This document shows positions 1 through 6,218 of a stretch of DNA of 59,246 nucleotides, piece after piece (within the stretch, counting starts at the first letter, position 1; the number at the start of each line of letters is the position of its first letter). The DNA comes from an uncultured Myxococcales bacterium (lineage in GTDB: Bacteria; UBA10199; 2-02-FULL-44-16; JAAZCA01), in assembly GCA_964480565.1 (NCBI GenBank), contig CAYZSU010000001.1:1-59246 (forward strand), in the 5' to 3' direction. Both the position numbers and the translations under genes were made by a program. The notes beneath the pieces are model-generated. The model saw only the letters and a program-made list of their open reading frames with translations, searched no databases and was not told the origin of the DNA.

Positions 1-140
1 TATAGTCATCTGATTGCTCCAGTGTTAGTTGTATAAGTGTTACTTCTTCTAACTCCTTTAGGACCATTTACACAATCTATTTTACACTTCCGTCTTGGTG
101 TTACAAGGCTCCCGCAAATCCGCGGGCCGCGAGCGTACAT

Positions 141-205
141 GCGAGTACGTGAGGACCCACGGATGCAGCGGGAAACGCCGAAGATGGGTATTTTTCAACA
201 CTCCC
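141..205 (+). repeat. Dispersed intergenic repeat, long form (one of two long copies)
   Basis: GCGAGTACGTGAGG...CGAAGATGGGTATTTTTCAACACTCCC. Hand alignment to 57559-57625 gives roughly three quarters identical positions over about 66 nt. The 3' half recurs in shorter copies at 3444, 4823(-) and 55699. Confidence 0.7.
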
Positions 206-406
206 ATTATTCATAAATAAGAAAGGGTGCCCTATGGATAGGTGTACACTATAACACCTGTTGACTTGATATCATTTGCAACTGGGGCCTATCGTGGGTT
301 GTACCAAATTCCATTTCATTTAGGTGTAGCGGTATCGCTCGTATTGCAGGGCCTTAGTCCGCAATATGTGCTTGTTTCCATAGATGGATAGTATGACATG
401 ATTTGC

Positions 407-435
407 TTGCAATATATTGCAATTGAAAATATAAT
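407..435 (+). promoter_or_regulatory. Putative toxin-antitoxin promoter/operator
   Basis: Perfect 16-bp palindrome TTGCAATATATTGCAA (407-422). Its left half reads as a TTGCAA -35, followed by a 17-nt spacer and TATAAT (430-435), immediately upstream of the antitoxin ATG at 443. Confidence 0.5.
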
Positions 436-442
436 ATTTCAT

Positions 443-643
443 ATGGCAGCTATTACACATCGCATTGATGAAAAATTAAAGAAACGATTGGATACGTTCT
501 GTGAAGAGTATGGGCTAAAGGCTCAGGCTGTTGTGCAGGAGGCTATTGCACTGTGGCTTGAAAATGCAGAAGATATGGCATTGATTGATGAACGGCGTCA
601 GGGCCCATGGGTGGAATGGAATGATGCGAAAAAAGAATTATAA
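443..643 (+). CDS. Type II antitoxin, ribbon-helix-helix (RelB/CopG-like)
   Basis: 66 aa. MAAITHRIDEKLKKRLDTF fits an RHH N-terminal strand-helix. Overlaps the downstream RelE-like ORF. Start moved from 398 to the internal ATG at 443. Confidence 0.7.
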   Translation: MAAITHRIDEKLKKRLDTFCEEYGLKAQAVVQEAIALWLENAEDMALIDERRQGPWVEWNDAKKEL

Positions 644-908
644 AGTTATGCTTCACAAAGTTGCTATTAAGGAATTGTCACGCTTGCCAAAGCCAATCAA
701 AGATAAAGCATGTTCAATTATAGATGAACTCGCTTTTAATCCTGTTCCTCAGATTGCCTCAAAACTGCACGGTCGTTCCAATGCCTATCGGATTCGTATG
801 AATGATTATCGAATTGTTTATGAAGTTCATGTTACGGAAATTGTTGTCTACATTGTTGGAGTTGCTCATCGTAAAGACGTGTATCGACATGTATTACGCC
901 GATTGTAG
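621..908 (+). CDS. relE: Type II toxin, RelE/ParE family mRNA interferase
   Basis: NYKVMLHKVAIKELSRLPKPIKDK...YRIRMNDYRIVYEVHVTEIVVYIVGVAHRKDVY is the typical RelE/StbE pattern. Overlaps the antitoxin 3' end. Start 621/624 is uncertain. Confidence 0.8.
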   Translation: MMRKKNYKVMLHKVAIKELSRLPKPIKDKACSIIDELAFNPVPQIASKLHGRSNAYRIRMNDYRIVYEVHVTEIVVYIVGVAHRKDVYRHVLRRL

Positions 909-996
909 TTGATAATATATGCTTCATTTAATCATAAAATGACTCGTGTTTAAATGTAACAAAATAGTCTGATTTAGGCTACAGATTATCCACCAA

Positions 997-1314
997 ATGC
1001 CGTTCTATTATAGTGATAGGGGCATTATGGATAGCATTTCTCACATCCCATCATCTGTTCATGATATCAGTCGCAGCGCACGCGATGGCGGCGATAATTC
1101 CACCTTTTATGAGCTGGATGAAGAATCTCCTAAAAAGCATGCCAAATCAGAAGCCCCACATGATGATGTGGATATTGGGCACTTACCAGGCAATATGTCG
1201 GATTGTGGCTCGGTCAATATGGCGGCTATTTCACGTAAAATGCTGATGGATCGCCTCAATGACTTTGACCATCTCTTTGCTTCGCTTGTAGACCAGGTTC
1301 AAATGGGGCGGTAA
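997..1314 (+). CDS. Hypothetical protein (orphan, acidic)
   Basis: 105-aa ORF with no recognisable motif. Coding status itself is uncertain, since a competing frame (1013-1246) is also open. Confidence 0.35.
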   Translation: MPFYYSDRGIMDSISHIPSSVHDISRSARDGGDNSTFYELDEESPKKHAKSEAPHDDVDIGHLPGNMSDCGSVNMAAISRKMLMDRLNDFDHLFASLVDQVQMGR

Positions 1315-1316
1315 GT

Positions 1317-2558
1317 TTAGGATGATGCTTCTTTCCACATACTTCTCTGTTCTTCACTGATTGTTGTGACTAATTGATGTTCTGCTAGCTGCTCATCTAA
1401 ATTAAAACAATTATTTTTAATAGCATGCTCAATTTCATGCATATGTATGAAAATCGATAGTGCGTGAATAATGGTGGATCTGTTGTTGTTTGGCAGTATG
1501 CGATGAAGACTTACCCTTTCTAATATTGTTTGAGGTGGGTCTATCGCCTCAATTAAGGATATTATTTTCGCCTTTGCTGGATTGGAATTGTCTATGTGTG
1601 TATTTATCCAATGACGGATGCTCATTGGCTGGGCCAGGTTTTGATTGAATGCTTGTGTCATAGGGTGAGGCACCTGTTCAAATAATGAAAAATCAATCGA
1701 TTCATTGATTATATGCTGGCAAATAGATTCTGTGGATTCATACCCTGTCACGAGGTTATCAATACGCTGACATAATGTAGCTGCTTGTGGATATAGCAGG
1801 TTCGAAATCCAAGTTGCTTCATAGGCAGGCCACTTATTCATTAATGTTTTATATACTTTGGGTGTAATCATATCTGGATGAGCGAGCAGTATATCAATAA
1901 TATGAGGTGCACTGCTGGGGTATAATGAAAAACTTTTGGTTAACACGATTGCGATAAATACATCGAATACCTCTTTAATGCGGATATACGGTATTAGATG
2001 AGAGAGTACATTAATACGATCAGCTGGCGGGCATGTGAATGATTGTTTTAAGATAGCATGTCGACTGTCAGAATATTGTATAAGTGCAGGTAGCAGTGTA
2101 TGTTCTACGATATATGTCAGATTGAGTGGATAGACTGGAATGTATTTATGGATAAAGGCGGTTCGTATTGCATTATGCTGTAATATATTAGGATTAGATA
2201 TAATGTATTGCTCAAAATGAGCTATAAATTCGTTAGTTGGTCTATTATTTAATCGTGCAGCAAGCTCATCAAATGAAAAATTATTCAAAGAGGTGGCTTC
2301 AGATTCAGCATTATTGGTATTCTGAAATAGATTTATATGTTTGGTCGCGGGTGTATCAAATAACTCATATGGATTATTTTGATATTTATCAAATTGTGAG
2401 AGTGCATCATGCGTCCGCCTAAGATAATCCTTTGTTTGGCGGGGATGCAGTATTCTACTTTTTGTTAAATTCGGATGTTTTGTGAGTGGAAACATACTAT
2501 TAGGCAGTGCGGATGTGCTAAAGTTAGATGGTGGGGCTATTGGCTTAATTTTGAACAT
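1317..2558 (-). CDS. Hypothetical protein, 413 aa, no recognisable domain
   Basis: Long ORF with GGAAGG upstream of the ATG at 2558. I recognise no conserved motifs. Confidence 0.6.
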   Translation of the reverse strand: MFKIKPIAPPSNFSTSALPNSMFPLTKHPNLTKSRILHPRQTKDYLRRTHDALSQFDKYQNNPYELFDTPATKHINLFQNTNNAESEATSLNNFSFDELAARLNNRPTNEFIAHFEQYIISNPNILQHNAIRTAFIHKYIPVYPLNLTYIVEHTLLPALIQYSDSRHAILKQSFTCPPADRINVLSHLIPYIRIKEVFDVFIAIVLTKSFSLYPSSAPHIIDILLAHPDMITPKVYKTLMNKWPAYEATWISNLLYPQAATLCQRIDNLVTGYESTESICQHIINESIDFSLFEQVPHPMTQAFNQNLAQPMSIRHWINTHIDNSNPAKAKIISLIEAIDPPQTILERVSLHRILPNNNRSTIIHALSIFIHMHEIEHAIKNNCFNLDEQLAEHQLVTTISEEQRSMWKEASS

Positions 2559-2579
2559 ATAACCTTCCTATCACTAATT

Positions 2580-2684
2580 ATACCAATTACGTAAATAAAT
2601 CGTTGGTCAATTAAGAGCCTAAGCCATTAATTTATATACTAAATTCCTTTATAAAAACCCACGTTTATTTTACGTAATTGGTAT
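2580..2684. repeat. Inverted repeat, 20/21-nt arms each containing TTACGTAA
   Basis: ATACCAATTACGTAAATAAA (2580-2599) versus TTTATTTTACGTAATTGGTAT (2664-2684). The arms are reverse complements apart from one extra T. Lies just upstream of the 1317-2558 gene start. Confidence 0.8.
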
Positions 2685-2749
2685 TACCTAATTATTGTCA
2701 TCTGTACTATACTTATCGCACATTTGACAAAAAAGTTGCTAAGAATATG

Positions 2750-2775
2750 AAAAAAAGTGCCAATTGGTTTGGCAC
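2750..2775 (-). terminator. Rho-independent terminator downstream of pdxT
   Basis: On the minus strand: GTGCCAA-accaa-TTGGCAC followed by T7 (plus-strand A-run 2750-2756). Sits 16 nt after the pdxT stop. Confidence 0.75.
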
Positions 2776-2790
2776 ATAGCAATGCTCAAT

Positions 2791-3373
2791 TCACTTCATA
2801 TTCAAAAAATAATCATGAATAATCGGAGGGACTGTATATTCAGGGTGAAATGTGCTCAATAATATATTATTATTTTGAATTAAAACAGGAGATGATTGAT
2901 GCATGGCAAGCAGTGAACAACTTTCATCGTTATAGGCAATAATTCGTGGCGCACGAATAAATACACCTGTAATATATTTCTGATAGGGTTTAATCAAAAT
3001 GGTTTTTTCAAATGAATGGATTTGAGATCCATAGGCATTTCGTTCTATTGTTACATCAATGAGCTTAAGAGAGTGTGCGAACTGATCTGAAATAATATGA
3101 TTGGCAAGTAAAATAGCACCTGCGCAGGTTCCAAAAATTTTCAGCTTATTCATTGCAATGTATTGCTGAATCCCACATAAACTGACCAATAACTGTACTT
3201 TCACCACCAGGAATAATTAAATGAGTAATATCGTGAACTTGCTGTTCATATCGTATATCAACAACTTTCACTCCCAGGTGAACAAGGGCTTGTTGATGCT
3301 CTTTAATATTTCCTTGAAAAGCAAGTATACCACATGGGACTGTTGAAAAATAGCAATTTTGGGGATTGTTCAA
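2791..3373 (-). pseudogene. pdxT: pdxT (PLP synthase glutaminase subunit), frameshifted
   Basis: Two overlapping ORFs: 3146-3373 (...IIPGGESTVIGQ) and 2791-3207 (...KIFGTCAGAILLA...FHPE). The frames rejoin if one T is removed near 3178-3184 (CAGTTTA on the coding strand). Confidence 0.8.
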
Positions 3374-3443
3374 AAATGTTCAGATTCAAGGCAGACAGCA
3401 AATTCAATGAGGGCGCATACATAAGAGTATGTAGCCGATTTGG

Positions 3444-3487
3444 ATTTGCTGGACAACGCCGAAGATGGGCGTTTTTCAACAGCCCCC
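3444..3487 (+). repeat. Dispersed intergenic repeat, short form
   Basis: ATTTGCTGGACAACGCCGAAGATGGGCGTTTTTCAACAGCCCCC. 30 of the first 31 nt are identical to the inverted copy at 4823-4865. Confidence 0.8.
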
Positions 3488-3497
3488 ACATTGAATA

Positions 3498-4363
3498 TCA
3501 CTCATCTCGTTGTGCCATCTTTATGGCTAGGTCGCTTATCTCGCTGCCCTTCATTGCATGGCCTAAATCTTCAGAAACAGTTGCTATTTTTTCAAAATCT
3601 TGAAAATAAGTGACAGCCTGCACAATTGCTTGCGCTGTTTTTTCTGGATTTTCTGATCCAACAAATACACCATCGCTTCCAAAATGCATCATAAGTGCAG
3701 CATCTGCAGGTGTTGCAATGCCACCTGCTGCAAAGTTTACCACTGGCAGGCATTTGTTTTCAGACACATACTTCAATAACTCCAATGAAACACCCAGTTC
3801 CTTGGTATATGCGATTAACTCTTCATATTGCAAAACACTGGCTTTTTGAATTTGTGCTTGAATATTGCGCTGATGCGTAACGGCTTCAACGACATTTCCT
3901 GTTCCAGCTTCACCTTTGGTTCGGGTCATACTTGCCCCCTCTGCAATTCTGCGAAGAGCTTCACCTAGGTCACGACAACCACAAACAAATGGAATAGAAA
4001 ATTCGGTTTTATTGATATGATAAACATTATCAGCGGGCGTTAATACTTCCGACTCATCAATAAAATCAATTTCTAGCGCTTCCAAAATACGCGCCTCTAC
4101 AAAGTGGCCAATGCGCACTTTTGCCATTACAGGGATAGAAACAGATTGTTTAATTTTTTTATCAGTTTTGGATCGCTCATACGAGCAACGCCACCTTCAG
4201 CCCTTGTTTTAGAGGGAATTCGCTCAAGCGCCATTACTGCGCATGCTCTGGATTTTTCAGCAATTTCTGCTTGCTCTGGTGTGGATACATCCATAATAAC
4301 GCCACCCTTTAACATCTGGGCAAGTCGAATACCTTGACTATTTATTTTTGAATTATTGTTCAT
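3498..4363 (-). pseudogene. pdxS: pdxS (PLP synthase subunit), frameshifted with an internal deletion
   Basis: ORF 4127-4363 (...GGVIMDV...ALERIP...[14 protein letters not shown]) and ORF 3498-4127 ([12 protein letters not shown]...[10 protein letters not shown]...[11 protein letters not shown]...). The frame is broken in the T7/A7 run 4154-4160. VGS-ENP at about 3653 lacks the five residues of the canonical GSGIFKS loop. Confidence 0.85.
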
Positions 4364-4822
4364 AGGACTCCATATTTATCCGCCATAGTTGCAAGTTTAT
4401 AAGGTCATGCGACCCGCCCTGTAAAACCATGAAAGACATCAAATCATCAACAATACGATTCTAGAAGGGTGAGCACTTCTAGAGTAACATCGGGATGATG
4501 ATGACGTTGTCTTGCAGAATCGATGATAGCTTGTCGTATATCTAGGTACTGTGAGAGAACTATTGGAATGCTACTTGATAGTCTTTTCACTAGATCCTTA
4601 ATTCCATGCATCTACCATTTAATCCGCGCGATGTTGTGTATAGGGTGGGGAGGGTAGTAAATTTTCTATTACCAGCATCTTTTTGAGTTGGTATATCCCT
4701 CAATGTTGGTGGAGATGAATGCCATGACAGCGTGTTTAGCGTGGTTGTATGTTTTTGGGTTTAGTGTTGGGCCTGCTAATTTGATTGTACTCATACTATT
4801 CTCCTATCACTTATTATCTCAC

Positions 4823-4865
4823 GGGGCTGCCCACAAACGCCCATCTTCGGCGTTATCCAGCAAAT
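4823..4865 (-). repeat. Dispersed intergenic repeat, short form, inverted relative to 3444-3487
   Basis: Reverse complement reads ATTTGCTGGATAACGCCGAAGATGGGCGTTTGTGGGCAGCCCC. Confidence 0.8.
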
Positions 4866-4986
4866 TCAATTTAATTGCATAATTGTATGTAACTGAATTT
4901 TTTAATTATTTTCAATTAAGCCTATTCAATCACGATCATACTGATCATTGTCAATAAAGCTGCCTGTTACATGTTGGCAAGATTTA

Positions 4987-5004
4987 CCTAGTGATGACTA
5001 GGCA
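4987..5004 (+). promoter_or_regulatory. Candidate enhancer (UAS) box CCTAG-N6-CTAGGCA upstream of the flgB promoter
   Basis: CCTAGTGATGACTAGGCA. Starts exactly 78 nt upstream of TGGCAT at 5065. The same box sits at the same offset at 16408. Confidence 0.55.
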
Positions 5005-5064
5005 TTTTTGTGTGTTTTAATAGGGTTGAGCATGTAACTAGTTGAAAAATAACGACTTTGCAAG

Positions 5065-5080
5065 TGGCATCTATATTGCA
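5065..5080 (+). promoter_or_regulatory. sigma54 (-24/-12) promoter of the flgB operon
   Basis: TGGCATctataTTGCA with canonical GG-N10-GC spacing, 23 nt upstream of the flgB ATG. Confidence 0.85.
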
Positions 5081-5102
5081 TCAACCATGGGTTGAGGTGC
5101 AT

Positions 5103-5456
5103 ATGAGTTCAACAGATATTGTATCATTGTTAGGAAAATTTATTGGTACACGTGCCATGCGCAATAATGTAATTGCATCCAATATTGCGAATGTGGACAC
5201 ACCTGAGTTTAAATCGCGAGACATACAATTTAAAGCGGAATTAAAAGGCGTGGTAGATGATCAGTCCTCAAAGGAATGGTCATTTAAGCCAAAAGAATCC
5301 CGTAATATGGTCAGTATGCGTGAAGATGGAAATTCAGTAAATATGGAAATTGAGATGGCCAAGTTAGTTGGGAATTCAGCGGAATATATGGCGGCCACAA
5401 AATTATTAGCTAGGCGTATTGCAATGATGAAATATGCCATTACAGGGGGGGGATGA
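5103..5456 (+). CDS. flgB: Flagellar basal-body rod protein FlgB
   Basis: NVIASNIANVDTPEFKSRD rod N-terminal motif. Start set to ATG 5103 behind GAGGTG, because the ORF-track start at 5058 lies upstream of the promoter at 5065-5080. Confidence 0.92.
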   Translation: MSSTDIVSLLGKFIGTRAMRNNVIASNIANVDTPEFKSRDIQFKAELKGVVDDQSSKEWSFKPKESRNMVSMREDGNSVNMEIEMAKLVGNSAEYMAATKLLARRIAMMKYAITGGG

Positions 5457-5899
5457 GCATGTCTTTCTTAAATGCATTGGAAATTAGTGCTGCAGGGATG
5501 ATGAGTGAGCGTTTGCGTTTGGATATTTCCGCATCGAATTTAGCCAATGTTGATTCTACGCGTACACCGGAGGGCGGTCCCTATCGTAAAAAAATACCTG
5601 TATTGGAGTCTGTGCCGCTTAGCTTTGATACTGCCCTTGAAAAGCAAATGCTTGGTGGCTCTAAATTGCATACAGTGCGAGTGGCAGGTGTTGTTGAAAG
5701 CCAGGATCCTTTTGATTTTGAGTTTAATCCAAGTCATCCAGATGCGAATGAGGAAGGGTATGTGGCTAGGCCGAATATCAGTGTGGTCGAAGAAATGGTT
5801 AATATGATGAAGGCGTCTCGTGCGTATGAGGCGAATATAACAGCGCTTAATACGTCAAAGGGATTGTTGCTGCGTACATTAGATATTGGGAGTATGTGA
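5453..5899 (+). CDS. flgC: Flagellar basal-body rod protein FlgC
   Basis: SASNLANVDSTRTPEGGPYRKK and C-terminal KASRAYEANITALNTSK. ATGA overlap with flgB. Confidence 0.95.
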   Translation: MSMSFLNALEISAAGMMSERLRLDISASNLANVDSTRTPEGGPYRKKIPVLESVPLSFDTALEKQMLGGSKLHTVRVAGVVESQDPFDFEFNPSHPDANEEGYVARPNISVVEEMVNMMKASRAYEANITALNTSKGLLLRTLDIGSM

Positions 5900-6198
5900 T
5901 GACAACAATTAATGATCTAAAACAAACTATTCGCATGACGCCGGATCGTTCAGCAACGATGCAGCCGAAGAAGGAAGAACCCGGCTTTGTTGACACCTTG
6001 ATGAAGGGAATTAATGAAGCGGATAAAAATATTCAAAAGGCAGATCAAGCGATAGAGAATTTTGCAACAGGTGGCAAGGTGAGTATTCCTGAGGCAATAA
6101 TTGCATTGGAGCAGGCGGATATTTCATTCAAATTTATTACACAGGTAAGAAATAAAGCCTTGGAAGCGTATCACGAAATTATGCGTTTGCCTGTATAA
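5899..6198 (+). CDS. fliE: Flagellar hook-basal body complex protein FliE
   Basis: C-terminal ALEQADISFKFITQVRNKALEAYHEIMRLPV. Start is GTG 5896 or ATG 5899. Confidence 0.9.
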   Translation: MTTINDLKQTIRMTPDRSATMQPKKEEPGFVDTLMKGINEADKNIQKADQAIENFATGGKVSIPEAIIALEQADISFKFITQVRNKALEAYHEIMRLPV

Positions 6199-6218
6199 CA
6201 TTATAAAAGGGGTCTATT

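Noticed and set aside
1-9. Possible minus-strand gene start (ATG at 9-7 preceded by GGAG) running out of the window
   Set aside because: Only three codons are visible, so it cannot be supported.
398-442. Upstream ATG 398 as the antitoxin start
   Set aside because: It would place the palindromic operator and the TATAAT inside the coding sequence and add a hydrophobic 15-aa extension atypical for RHH antitoxins. ATG 443 fits better, but this is untested.
1013-1246. 77-aa ORF in an alternate frame overlapping 997-1314
   Set aside because: Shorter, hydrophobic nonsense-like translation nested in the longer frame. At most one of the two is real, and neither is strongly supported.
3334-3603. 89-aa ORF on the plus strand, and the 64-aa ORF 4688-4882, spanning the repeat copies
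   Set aside because: Both are created by the GC-rich repeat sequence, lack an RBS, and overlap pdxS or decayed DNA. The repeat is better explained as non-coding.
3444-4865. Whether the repeat copies could be CRISPR repeats
   Set aside because: The copies are isolated, unevenly spaced by kilobases, in mixed orientation and of variable length. There is no array and no cas genes.
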